The notes under the pieces were generated by a model. It saw nothing but the letters and a program-made list of their open reading frames with translations, searched no databases and was not told where the DNA came from. The translations under genes were made by a program, and so were the position numbers. Below, one piece after another: positions 50,976 to 63,700 of a stretch of DNA of 64,000 nucleotides. Source of the DNA: Paraglomus brasilianum (Eukaryota); contig CAJVPI010000046.1 in NCBI GenBank assembly GCA_910592345.1, forward strand, positions 1-64,000, written 5' to 3'. Positions within the stretch are counted from its first letter, which is position 1. The number at the start of each line of letters is the position of its first letter.

Positions 50976-51530
50976 TTGGATTGGATTGGGCTAAGGAGAA
51001 GAAAAAATTATATGGAGTGACGAATCATATTTTCGCGACAATCGACGGAAAAGTTTAATGTAGATTGTCTTATTCCAACGCACAGATCAGGACAAGATGG
51101 AATACACGTAATGGTATGGGGTTGCTTCCACAGACGGACTTGGTCCATTAGTGAGATTGGATGGGAGAGTTACTTCTAGAGATTATATTAATCTCTTGCA
51201 AGATAAACTTTTACCGTATTTGGATACTCTTGAAGATAAGGAAATTTTTATTTTTCAAGAGGATAATGCTCCCATTCACACATCAAGATTAAGTAATGAA
51301 TGGAAGAATCTAACTAGCCTTCGTTGGCCACCTCAAAGCCCTGATCTAAATCCCATTGAACATTTATGGGATGTAAGATTAGGGTACACCAAAAAGATAA
51401 GGAGGAGCTTTGACAAATATTGCAAGAAGAATGGTTACGAATAGATAATAACATAATTCAGTCTCTAGTCGATAGTATGCCCAAACGAGCTGCAGCTGTA
51501 ATAGAAAGTAAGGGTATCCCACTAAATATT
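50400..51530 (+). mobile_element. Tc1/mariner (DD34E-type) transposase pseudogene with an intron and a poly-A expansion
   Basis: HTH region VSEKTIKRELHQSG...RKPY, VMVWGCF, FQEDNAPIH, WPPQSPDLNPIEHLWD, and SLVDSMPKRAAAVIESKGYPTKY. Confidence 0.88.
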
Positions 51531-53321
51531 AATAAAATTGGATACTGTCATATAATATAGCTGCTCATTCAATGAAATCGAAACCAAATCGTCTCACATT
51601 TTAAATTTACATATTTAAAAATATGACAATTGTTTTTACTTAATGATGCAGGACACATTGCTTCTTTGAGTTACATTATAACGAAAGTTTTAACGTAAAT
51701 TTCCGAAAATCTTTATCTTTGACATAAGCCTTTGTTTTTCACTCAATATTTATACAAAGTTGCTCAAAGTTGTAAACGTATGCACGTAGATATCGTGAAT
51801 AAGTACTTATTGCACCGTGGCCGGTTGTATTAGTGTAAACTTAAAAAATTTAGTTTACATATGGGCTACTTTGCGATCGGCGAAATTTCTGTCCGGGCAC
51901 TGTACATAATATTTCGCCGAGTAAAAATCCGCCCAGCTACGCAACATTGATGAAAACGAGGTCAGTGCGATCTTATGTATGTCGTTGCCAGTATAAAAGA
52001 CTTAATTATACAAACTATGGGCGTCCAAAATGGTTTCATTCCTATACCAAACCGCTGCCATACGGGCCAAGTTGTTCCATTTATTATAATTCGGTGAATT
52101 ACTTCACGAACAATTACAACCTGCGTGCGGAAATTTATGAGATCAGTTTCCTTTGGCGTTTATTGAAACGACTTATCAGTTAGCTTTAATGTCGAAGATA
52201 TTGTTATTCTAGACGGTTGGAACTACTGTAAAGCAGTGTTTTTGTTGGACTATGCCTACAAAGTAAAAGGCTTGTGCCATAAAAAAATTCTGAGCTTTTG
52301 TTAAACGTTGTTGCTGCATACATAACGGCAAAAAAAACTTTACGTTAACTCGATTCATTTTAATCTGTCACAGTGATTGTTTATCATGTAACGGGATTCG
52401 TCGATGTGCCAGAAACAGATAATCACCATCATGGATAGCTTTCACATCAAGCTTGCGGGAGAGTTGTATTGATTGTAAATTTGTTGTAAACGTTTGCACA
52501 CGCGTAAATTTGTCTTTCTTGACACTGATTATGCATTGATTTCACAGTGTAATATAGCTTTATACTGTGTTTTTGTTCAAACGTAGACACGCAAGCCAAT
52601 ATACCATTCTTTACGCACTGGAAAAACGTAGGGTCACCTTTGATATAATAAATTTTCAGGTACCGATCAGACTTCGTGTAGAAGTTGTTTGTAGATACAA
52701 ATTAGTAAGAACAAAGATGAACTTTCTCGTGTTACTACAGCCAACAGTATTTGCATTACACGATAAGTTTAATTGCTGATTTGATTAAAATTTGGGGTAA
52801 ATAATATTCGAAAGTTTGCTAGCAGGCTGGGCTTATTCCTGGTGAACCCCTTACCGGTAATTCTATCGACGAATCGTTATTAATTGAATGTTACCATTCA
52901 GTTGGGAAGAACAATAGTGTTCCCTGTTGGATTTAATGTAAATCACGTGAACGTACTTCGATTGTTAGTTTACGAAAAAGAAAGCACAATAATGCTGATA
53001 ATGACACCAACAAACCTAAATTTGACGTTCGTAGTGATACGAGTAGTGTAGATTGAACGAGAACCTTCCAGCAAACACAAACATACCCCTAAAAACAATG
53101 GCCAATATAAGTCGGAAAATAATTTGTCCGACCGACATGGTCTTCGACAACTGACTATATAATAATAACTCCGAACTTTTTTTTCTAACCTTGTCAATTT
53201 TTTTCTAACCTTGTCAATTTTTTCTTTACCTCTATATTGTTCCCTGTCTATAAATTAGGCCTGGCAAACATTTATCTGGACTTCATCCTGACCATATAAT
53301 AAAAATAAAGAAATAGTAAAT

Positions 53322-54937
53322 ATGGTAAAAGACACAAAGCTTTATGACACTCTGGAGCTGCAACCGGATGCATCAGAGAACGAGATCAAAAAAGCATACA
53401 GAAAACTCGCTCTCAAATACCATCCTGATAAGGTAGTTACATATAAGTATGCTCACTTTCAAATAATATTAGTTGGAGGGAGTATATAGCTATATAAGCT
53501 TTATCAGTGACTGAAGTTCCATTACCGGAGGCTGGTAGGAATTGTTGGAAATATGCTACTTTACATAGTTCTCCGTGAGGCAATGGACAAGTTGATCCAA
53601 ACTTTAGCACGTCGATATAAGCGCGTATGTCCTAAGCTGTCATTTGTTGATTTTCTCATTCCTTCACTATATATATATCTATATATAGAATCCAGACACG
53701 GGAGAGAAGTTCAAAGAAATCGCTCATGCATTTGAGATTTTAAGTGATGAGCAGAAGCGTGCTGCTTACGATCGCTATGGCGAAGAGGGAGTGTCCGAGA
53801 CCGGTATGGGCATGTCAGCCGAAGATATTTTCAGCTCATTCTTCGGTGGCAGCATGTTTGGTCGTCCTGGAGCTGGGCGACCAAGCGGTCCGCGTAAGAG
53901 CAAACCACTTCAACACATGCTCAAAGTATCTCTGGAAGAGTTGTATACCGGTAAAACAACAAAACTATCCCTTAATAAAAATGTCAAGTGCTCCAAGTGT
54001 CAAGGTCGAGGGGGAAAGGAGGGGGCTGTTAAGACTTGCCAGACCTGTAGTGGCACTGGTGTAAGATTAATTGTTCGTCATCTGGGTCCATCAATGATAC
54101 AACAAATTCAGCAGCCGTGTAATGAATGCAGTGGTTCGGGTCAAGTTATCAAGGAGAAAGATAAATGTACTACTTGCAAAGGCAAAAAGTTTGTAGCTGA
54201 GCGCAAAGTTCTCGAAGTGCATATCGGCAAAGGGATGAAAAACCATCAGAAGATTGTATTTGCTGGAGAAGCTGATTACCAACCTGGATACGAAGAGCCC
54301 GGTGATGTTATTATTATTCTTGAAGAGAAAACTCATGATCGTTTCACTAGACGAGGAGATGACTTGTTCTATTCTGCTAAAGTTGACCTGTTGACTGCAT
54401 TGGCCGGTGGAAACTTGTATATCAAACATTTGGATGATAGATATGTAAAGGTCTCAATAACGCCTGGTGAATCAATTAAGCCCGGTACGTAACCATGATA
54501 CAACGTTTATTATGTTAAATAGATGCGATTTTAGACAAATCTAACGGATGTTGTTTTGTTATCTTTATCAATTCAATGTTCCATCCGAACATTGTTGACG
54601 TTTACTATTTATAGGAGATATGAAAGCTATTAAGGGCCAGGGTATGCCTTCTTTTCGCCACCACAACTATGGTAACATGTACGTTCAATTCAACATTGAA
54701 TTCCCTTCTCCTAATTGGGCTGACTCTGCAACGATTACTATGCTTGAGAATATTCTTCCGCCGCGTCAGGCTGCACCTCCAAAGGCAGATGAGACCAATG
54801 TCGAAGAGGCAGACTTTACCACATTAGAGCCAGCTGAGAAGACAAGACTCGAGCAGAATATGATCAATGGTGTGCCAGATGATGATGATGACGATGATGA
54901 AGGTGGACGAGGAGGAGTACAGTGTGCTCAGCAATAA
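53322..54937 (+). CDS. YDJ1: Type I Hsp40 (Ydj1/Mas5/DNAJA), 3 exons
   Basis: J-domain [13 protein letters not shown]...KYHPDK, four CxxCxGxG-type repeats, C-terminal CAAX motif CAQQ. Confidence 0.96.
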
Positions 54938-55215
54938 GGCGGCTGTTGAAAGTGATGGGGAATGGACATTTTCCTACATTTCGTTACTCGAGCTCTCAAC
55001 TAATGACTTCTAGATTTCGTTTCTTTTTCATATTACGTAATTTGTAGCTTAGCGTATTATCGACACAAATAGAGCGAGCCATAAGTATATAACTGTTAGC
55101 AATAATTTTCTCACAACTTCCATCAAAATCACGACGTACGAATAAATGTTTCTCTCTCTCCGTTGGTACGAAAGGGCTGATGCGAATGTAAAGTTCACGG
55201 ATTACGTGTTGATTT

Positions 55216-55500
55216 TTATGGCTCAAAATCACATATGATTGACATTAAAACAATAAGTAAAAATGCTTGACAAAATTTTTTACTGTAAATATCAATATAT
55301 TTTTGGGAGTTCATTGAAGCATTTATATCTGTGGTGAATATTGTGGAGGTGGGTGGTACTGTTGGTTGGGATTGATTGAAAGAATAAGTGATGACCCAAA
55401 ACACACAAGTCGTCTTGCCAAGTCATTCTTGCGGGAGGATGTTCCAGAATTTATGGATTGGTCGTCCAACAGTCCAGACATAAACCCGATAGAAAGTTTT
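55216..55500. mobile_element. Short Tc1/mariner fragments
   Basis: + strand PEFMDWSSNSPDINPIE; - strand MNSQKYIDI. Confidence 0.55.
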
Positions 55501-55642
55501 TATTCCCGAGGACACTATTGAGTCGATTAATAGTAGGCATTACTACTATTGCCTGCATGAGAATTATAATTAGTCTTCATGTAACGTTTGCGACAGCTGT
55601 CTTGTATAATTAATTTCGATTGTCTTTTTGCCAATAGCTTAC

Positions 55643-55849
55643 CGAAGGCCTTACGAATACTCCGTGCTTTTCTCTACATTCAAAATATCTTTTGCCCATG
55701 ACTGAACCGTCGTTCTTCCCATTCGGTTCATCTAACTCGACACCAACCCATTTGCCAGAAGAGAAGCCTGTAACCCCTATAAAACGTATGACACCCCAAC
55801 TTCCATTAATCTCGCATCTTGCCCCTACTTGTAAATTAGTTGAAGCCAT
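55643..55849 (-). pseudogene. Orphan CAP-Gly exon (dynactin p150/Nip100-like N-terminus)
   Basis: GVIRFIGVTGFSSGKWVGVELDEPNGKNDGSVMGKRYF...GVFVRPS followed by a GTAAGC donor; no continuation found before YDJ1. Confidence 0.7.
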
Positions 55850-56060
55850 ATATCTCTGTGAACGAAGAGAATGAGATACTTAGAAACAAGCCTTGATTAT
55901 AACAAAATGATAGTCCGCAGTGCAGGTGCACAGACTGTTGCCATTGTGGACATTTTGTCATAATATAATAAAGAAAAATAATTTTTAATAATAAATACAT
56001 TCCTAAATAAACGACGTATGACGTCTCAGTTGAAACATTGCCACCCAGAGGTAAAGGACT

Positions 56061-57300
56061 CATTACAGTTCCACAATTTCGACATCGGACCCTCCTATTT
56101 TTTGAACGCTCCCACACCAGCTGCAAGTTTTGGAAGTATATGCCTCGTTTAGATAATAACACGGGCCCCTAATTCTTCTGCTTTAGCCACCAGGCGTTGG
56201 CGAAATTGATAGTGGCCCCAGCAGAACCGTTTTTCGTGTTATTTTTCTTGTTTTCGATTTATCATATTCGACACCTCAAAAGGAGGGATGATAATGGCAT
56301 CGAATTCGCGAGTGAAAAATGCGACGCTCTTTTTATGAAGAGGTGTTTGACTTTTCGTCGCATCCGAGAGATGCCTTATCAAGTCGCGAGGCCTGTTTCT
56401 TCTTACGTTTCGAACTAGAGGCAGCCAGTTTGTCCATTATAGAAAGGAGATTGTCCATATGTTTGCATAGGCGAATAATTCGTCCAATGTCGTATTGGCC
56501 AATTTTACCTACGCTTTTAGTGGGAGAGTACCATGTGAAGGGTGTACGAACGCCAGGATCGATGGAAACTGCATGAATATCCGCTTGGGTTTCGCGGAGT
56601 TGTTTTTGCGTCTCGTAAACCCATTAAAATTTCCATTCGTTGGTTTTGCGAATATATGTACAGCCGGACTTTATTTTGTGAGGAACAAGCCGCTTCTTTT
56701 TTTTCGAAATGAATCGCGTTTTTCGTCCAGAGTGATAATAGGCTTTTGGCGGGGTGCGGAAAGCATCGACGGATTATGGTGATGGGTGACATATTAATAT
56801 GAATCGGTTCCACGTGGATTTTGCGCGCGAATTATCATTGTCGCAAATCTTTTCGGGATCGAAATGACAAAGACGAACTTTGCTGATTCGTGGGTTGATC
56901 CTATATTTTGATTGATCATGTTTCTAGCAGTTAACGCTTCATCAATCGCGCTTTGCCATGTGCGTCTTGAAGGAGCATGCATGACTGTTCACATGAATTT
57001 GCGTTCACCCCATACGGCATGATCTTTGGAGTCTCTTGTCCTCATGCTCATTAATGTTTTTTCCTACACGAACATCTGCGTAAAGCTTAAGCTTATCTTC
57101 AATGGATTGAGATTTTAGCCAAACCCGTCGTGATTGTATGCGAATTTTTGGTATGGAAATGGCGGTATCGACTCCAGCGGACAACTGCATTATAGGCATA
57201 CCTTGACAAGCCCATCCACCGTTTTAATAGCTGCTTTTGAGGGTGATTTGGATATACTTTTATTGGCAGCGTATGATGGAGGGCTTCCAAGTGTTGCATG
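56061..57300 (-). pseudogene. Fanzor2 / IS607 TnpB RNA-guided nuclease pseudogene
   Basis: IKVYPNHPQKQLLKRWMGLSRYAYN (N-terminal HTH), AVSIDPGVRTPFTWY (RuvC-I, DPG at 56552-56560), WGHYQFRQRL, NEAYTSKTCSWCG...CRNCG. Many frameshifts; truncated before RuvC-III. Confidence 0.88.
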
Positions 57301-57335
57301 CTGCTGTTATCTTGATCTTGCGCTTTTTCCCTTGT

Positions 57336-57620
57336 TTAGGGTTCTCGTCGGGCGACTCTTCTTCCTTGCTTGATTTCTAGGATATTTTGGGAAAGTTTGT
57401 GCTCGTCGGAGGTCGCTTTGTTGACGAAAACTATGAGTTTTGTAATATGGGGGGAGTGGATGAGGTTGTGGCAGAGTCTGTCACAATGGGTAACCACAAT
57501 TCCAGAGACCATCCAATATGGTCTTAAGTTCGTAGGTTGGTGAGCTGAGGACCTCCTTTTGTATGAGCCCTTATTTGGGGGTGGTTTTGGCGGTGACGGC
57601 GGCGGTGGTGATGTTAGCAT
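57336..57620 (-). pseudogene. IS607-type serine recombinase (TnpA) relic
   Basis: YKRRSSAHQ (degenerate YARVSSxxQ), LKTILD in an adjacent frame, IVVTHCDRLC (cf. VVxHKDRLxR), and SDEHKLSQNILEI. Confidence 0.65.
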
Positions 57621-58175
57621 TGAGGGGAGAGATTATGTGTTTACGATTTGGATTTTAATGAGCATAATATTGCAATATTGCAATGGTTAAAGAGTTTGGG
57701 GGATATCTTTAAATATGTTTATGGTTGTCGGTATTTGAATGGCGGAACCGAAAACACGCATAAAGCATGCAATTTTAGATGGAGCCTACGCCATGCAAAC
57801 ACAGACTATATGATGGATCGCGGTCACAAATCGTTAATTCCGTTGTCTTTTTAAATATTAATATACTAGAGGGTTAAACAAAATTGATATTATATTCATT
57901 AATTCCGATTATAACATCGTAATAGTAATAGTAAAATCCATCCTAAATTTTCTATTAATTAAAATTATTACGATAATAAACCAGCCATACTTCGCGTTTT
58001 GAAATCACGTGCGTGTGACAATTATCACCTGATCCAGAAATATTTACCTCTGGTATGTACTGTATATGCACGATCGGATTCGGCATTTTAATCACATGAC
58101 CATACTTATAATAGTGATAGTAATAAATAATAGTTGATTGAAAAACTAGTCGTAGTTTCTATCAGCAAACGAAAG

Positions 58176-60878
58176 ATGACACATTGCTCGGAAAATGAGA
58201 CTTTAGCGAATAGAACGAATACGCTAGTAATTTCGTTCTTAAGCAACCTAGCTTGCAATGCCCCAAGACCGTCTTCGGAATTAAATGACACTTGGATAAG
58301 TTCACTCACTCCGCGTGTCAAATCGTTAATTCTTGACTTCCCGCCATTCGATTCTGCAGATACACGACTAGCTAACGGAATATTGCCAGATACGGTAACC
58401 AAAACCATCAAATGTGCGTTAGAACGAGTTATCCTATGTAAAAGTATTTCTAAATTGAACTCGCAATTAATCTAATATACTTTTAGCTCGAAGCCCATAT
58501 GATACCGTGGATGATACAGATTTCCAGAGGGCAGGTCGGGAAATAAAGGTATTGGCTCACGAAGCATATCGTTGGTTTCAAAATGAAATACAAGAATTGA
58601 AAGACTTCGAAAACATATATTGTGAAGAATTGATATGGTGTGGAGAACATAAAATCGTATGTATAGAAAGAGCCTTTTTTTTTTTTTCACTTGAAATATG
58701 TAGTTCCTTGCCAATGTCTAATTTATCCACACTTTGTTCTTCTTAAGGCGTTTGCGAAAAGCATCGAGCTCTATTTTGCAGGAGATAATTATACTGCTCT
58801 CCTTCTGATAATCTCATCATTGGAGCAGCTGCTAGGCGACGTAAGTATGTTTTACTGGGTCCACATTGGGATAATATATAAGTTACCTGTATTATTAACA
58901 CGCTTTCTAAGGTCTTGCATTTAGTCAATATGTCGAAATCACGCGAGACGCACATTACACCGCAAGTACCTCCACTCTTCCGCGACTTGTTACTGGAGAA
59001 ACCTTTGGCTGACATTGTTGGCGAAGACTTTGTATTTCTACTCCGCTGCCTATTCGGTCCACCAAATTCCATGAATATTCGAAACATCATTTGGCACGGT
59101 TTTATTTGTGAAGAGGAATTCTCGCCAACACCTGCTATATGGTATTATTCTTTAATTGTTGTCTTAGCAATGAGTGTTTGTGCGAAAGTAAAATCTTCGG
59201 AAGTCTCTTGCAAAGTCCTTATTAGAAGACACACAAAAAAAGCTTTTATTGGACTGTATCATCTCCCTCAAAATTTTAATTGGGACGAACAAAACAAGGC
59301 GGATTGTGTGCAGGGGACAACAAACTATCTGACCACAAGTGATTTTGAGCAATTAATTCTAAATGAACGCGGTAACTAATTTTTGTTCTATTTGTAATCA
59401 AAACGCGTGTCCGTACAGTGACATTTATGTCTGGCTGGTACGTTTATCTGCTTCATTAACAACTTACTTAAACCGCCCATAGTACCACATTCAATTCCCC
59501 CTCATACATACCTCCTTTCTATATTAAGTCAAACCTTCTTTGTTATTCCGACTACGATTTCAACTTGGAGACGTGCTTTTGAATATATGTACACGGGTCA
59601 GCCTATTCTTTTCTTGATACTTGCTCTTCCTCTCCTCGAGCACTCATTGCGTAGATTGTACATATGTCTGAACCAGGATGTATCCGATCACAGACTTTGC
59701 ACGGGAAACGTTGGAGAATACTTCTTAACAATGGACGTTATACTAAAAAAATGCGTTAGCATGCAATTCATTATTGCGAATGCTCGGGCCCAGAAGGAAC
59801 TTGCTGAAGAACTGAAAAACGTTATTTTCGATCAGTTAAAAGGCGATGTCATGGTAAGGATACCGACAATTAGCTAAGATGCGTCTGTTGACTGAATTCT
59901 TTGAGGAATTTATATGAACGTTTTTGCAATAGGACCTACTGGAAGACCTTTTCGTCCATGTTTCCGGGCCGCGCCTTCGGGATCGGATCGCACATGGGGA
60001 TTACGATTTTACACTACTTTGTAGAACGTCATCAGCGCATAACGACCCAGTTTTCGCACATGTTGTACATCTCATCCGACATCTTTTCGAAAGATATCTC
60101 GCTGGAACTCACGTAACAAGCCCGAAGAAATTCGTCCTAACCTATAAATCAAGATTTCATCCTATGTCATTGTTACAAAGAGAGTGTTTTTACGTTGTCG
60201 TATGTATATGGCAGGTTTGGAAAGTTGCTGGGAATGATACACGGTTCGAACTAAGTATATGGGACAACAGCAGTGATAATTCAATTGTTGACTTTGTGAA
60301 GCAGTGTGGGAAGCCAATAGTGTTTTCTGCGTCATTTGTCAAATCTCTGTGTGAAGAATGCTCAAATGCCGAGGATTTAATAAAAAATTTGAATAGATTT
60401 GTGTCAAAGGACATAAAAAATCATTTTTCAGACCACTGGTGCAACACACAGCTTGGAAAGGAGGATGAGAAACGAATTGTTTTCCGACGAGGAGCTCTCA
60501 GAAGAGCCGCCAATGGACTTCAGAAGGTAAAGACATTAGTGCTAACTTTATTTCCGTTATGATGTTAAGAGATTATATATTTTTTTACGGCGATTATAGG
60601 TGTATGAGAGACTCACCTCCATTGGTTCGTCTCCTTCTTCGCGTAAACGGAAGAATCTTCAGGCTTTTTTCGTTTTACTTCCAATTCTCCTGACCCAATT
60701 ATGTGACGCTTTATCCGTTCTGATGGCTACAGAAGATCAGAAAATTCTGTTGGAATCGTTGATTTTCGTTGAACGTTGGTGTTCTTTATGCATTAAAGGA
60801 AGCTGGGAGAAATTTGTTGAAACTTACAATAAATTCAGCGAGGAAATATCACAAGTAATTCGAAAAAGGAAAGTATGA
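58176..60878 (+). CDS. ERMARD-like (DUF4209) protein, multi-exon; start codon uncertain
   Basis: SSLEQLLGD, VPPLFRDLL, FGPPNSMNIRNIIWHGF, LPLLEHSLRRLY and GPRLRDRIAHG match ERMARD/C6orf70 motifs. Confidence 0.8.
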
Positions 60879-60989
60879 TGTGGTGGCACCTTTGACTAGT
60901 GAAGAGGAGGAATTAGAAAATGTGGCTAGTTTTGAAGTATTAATAAAAGTCAGTACCGAAAATGGTTTGGATAAAAAAAGCAAAATACT

Positions 60990-61340
60990 CATGCATCGCT
61001 TAGTATCCCCACACATTGGTTCTCTCTCTTGGAATGAAATACGACACCCACATAGACCTGCACTCATCCTTTGGAAATTTTCTCATCACTCTCTCCCTAT
61101 TGGTATTTCAGTCTCTAAAATCTCTCCCTTTGGTATATCATGTCCTTGGTGTCCCACAACCCTAATTCCATATCTCATCTCTTTCTCATGCATCTCTAAT
61201 CTGGGACAAAATTTCTCTCCTTTGCTCTTTCATTTCTTCTTATCATCCATCTCCCATTAATTTTATCTCCTCCTCTCAGCCTCACTTTAAAAAACTCGGT
61301 CGACTTCTTCAATCAGTAGCTATATTCTCTATATTAATAT
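60990..61340 (+). mobile_element. 3' fragment of a non-LTR (LINE) retrotransposon, zf-RVT region
   Basis: LILWKFSHHSLPIG...CPWCP resembles the zf-RVT motif; pyrimidine-rich composition. Confidence 0.55.
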
Positions 61341-62329
61341 AACCCTCCCTCATTTATCGCACGCCTGTCTTTAGATAGAGTTAATATTAAAATGAGCTTC
61401 AACATATATATGTAGTTCAGTAATAAAGTTGTACTTATTATTATAGATTATCGAGATGAGAAGGTTTATGTTCTTTAATGAAGGTGTACATATGGTCTTT
61501 CTAATTAAAAGCTATATTTGCTGAAATAAGAGATGTCTGGAAGAATAAGGTTTATGTATTACTAATTCGAACAGTGGGACTAAAATTATAAATGGATAAT
61601 AAAGCATAAAACATCAAGCATCTATTGAATAGGTTTGCAAACTGTCCATATATCTTGCAAAATCCCATTAATTAGTGTAATTGAACTGAGCATTCCATCA
61701 TAGTGGACAAATTTCAAATACGAGTGGAGAACGGGCCTTCGATAATTATTATGTCGACATTGATAGATGGATATGTTTGTTTGGGTTCATAAAAAGTCCT
61801 TATTTTCTATGCAAGCACTTATACATACTTATGTTGCCAACCATGAAGGCTTCTTTCCTCAGTACATGAGCACGACTCGTCGGCACGGTCATCCGTTTAT
61901 CTATTTCGGAGCAGAAGATCCTTCAATATCAAGAATTAACCAAATTAACAGCACGAAATACAAATAAATTCGTTAAACGAACCAGATGCCGTTCTTGAAA
62001 TATCTGAAAGAGCACCCGTGCTAGAATTGACATCATCGAAAGGAGTTAGCATTAGATAAGACAATGTACGAATTTTTAACCTCAATAGTCGAGCAAAATA
62101 TTGAGAATGATAATTTTACAATGAATATAAGACTCAGACAATGTCTGATAGACGAGGCTTCAGCCAACTCGTGTGAAAATGTCATACAACAAAAAATTCT
62201 GACCAATAATTTATTGAGGCTTGTGTGGCTTTTAGATCACGGGGTTGTCCTTTTTTTTTCGCGACAGACACCATGTTTACGCGACCAAACCTATACTTAC
62301 AAACTCTAGCTGAATCGAAACCAAAAAAA

Positions 62330-63700
62330 ATGGAACCTTATACTGGGAATGAAAGTAAGCTCTCAAACTTGCAGATTTGCTTTTCGACAGTGGACTGATT
62401 CTCCTTATTATTATTGGTTTTCCAGTTGTTTTAAAATATTTCGAAACTTACGATGAAGAAACATGGACTTACGAACATTTTTTAAATGAATTAAAAGAAG
62501 CAATTGTAATTTCGCCATCATATACTAACGACTGGAGCGGTTTAGATGGTGCATGGTATGGTTGATATATTTATCATGTCAATAAGGTTGGTTTTGTGCT
62601 ATACAATATTTGCTAAACTTCCAAAAAGCTTTATTATTATCAGTATCAAGGGTGGCTTCTGGGTTGTAGTTATACTTTTTGGTGTAGTGCGATTCAGAGG
62701 TTTTGCCGTAGTTTTCGGTACCCAAGTGATGAGTATGGAGCGCTTCTGGGTTGTAGTTATATTTATAATATAGCTCGATATGAGGTTCTGGGTCATAGTT
62801 ACATTTGATGTAGTGCGGTCTGGAGGTTGTGTTGTGTATATTTGATATAGTGCGATCCAGAGGTTTTGCCGTAGTTTTCGGTGCTTTCTCGTTGCGATTC
62901 ATTCAAAAAGCTTTATTATTATCAGTGTCAAGGGTGGCTTCTGGGTTGTAGTTATACTTTTTGGTGTAGTGCGATTCAGAGGTTTTGCCGTAGTTTTCGG
63001 TACCCAAGTGATGAGTATGGAGCGCTTCTGGGTTGTAGTTATATTTATAATATAGCTCGATATGAGGTTCTGGGTCATAGTTACATTTGATGTAGTGCGG
63101 TCTGGAGGTTGTGTTGTGTATATTTGATATAGTGCGATCCAGAGGTTTTGCCGTAGTTTTCGGTGCTCTCTCATTGCGATTCATTAATAGGATGAAATAA
63201 ATGAACCTCGAATGAAATCATTTTTCCAAGACATTATTCTTGAACGTGAAAAGGTTAGCCCTGTTTGCATTAATATTCTTACAAGAATTATATCAAAAAA
63301 AGAATAATTTTTATTGACTATGTCCTTATCCTGTCCAAAACAGAGAAATGCCGGAAAAAATTACGTAATAGAAGGCGTAAGAGTTCTCAATGAAGCAAGG
63401 TTTCGCAGTTCAGATGAAGTAATTTCCGCTGTTAATAAACAATATCCTGAGGATTAAGCCAGCGGAAACGAAGATGCTTCACACAAACAGACAGAAAACG
63501 GGCCATCACAAACTCCAGAAGACAAGGTAGTTGTATCCTCCCGTTGTTTTAATATATATCCCGCAACAAAATGTCTTCTCATCTTTCACATTTATGCACA
63601 GGTTGCAGAGGTTACAGATGATGAAGAATGGGAGTTTGACACACCACAGCCAAGTTGGCTAAAAAAAGTGATAGAGGAACATTGTCTGTCGAAAAATCCG
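62330..63700 (+). pseudogene. Uncharacterised multi-exon gene relic interrupted by a repeat
   Basis: Exon-like blocks VLKYFETYDEETWTYEHFLNELKEAI..., DEINEPRMKSFFQDIILEREK|GTTAG and RNAGKNYVIEG... with in-frame stops. Confidence 0.4.
62622..63184. repeat. Two tandem ~282-bp copies with internal sub-repeats
   Basis: 62622-62903 is nearly identical to 62904-63184; the submotif GTAGTGCGAT(T/C)CAGAGGTTTTGCCGTAGTTTTCGG occurs four times. Confidence 0.92.

Larger units (their letters stand above)
56061..57731 (-). mobile_element. Decayed IS607-like element (serine recombinase TnpA + Fanzor2/TnpB)
   Basis: TnpA relic upstream of a TnpB relic on the same strand; putative left end at ~57731 with ~10-bp imperfect direct repeats. 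Confidence 0.85.

Noticed and set aside
53433..53688. Intronic snoRNA in YDJ1 intron 1
   Set aside because: One hairpin is visible, but no convincing C/D or H/ACA box arrangement.
62579..63184. Minus-strand ORFs within the 282-bp repeat
   Set aside because: Products of the repeat sequence with no recognisable domain.
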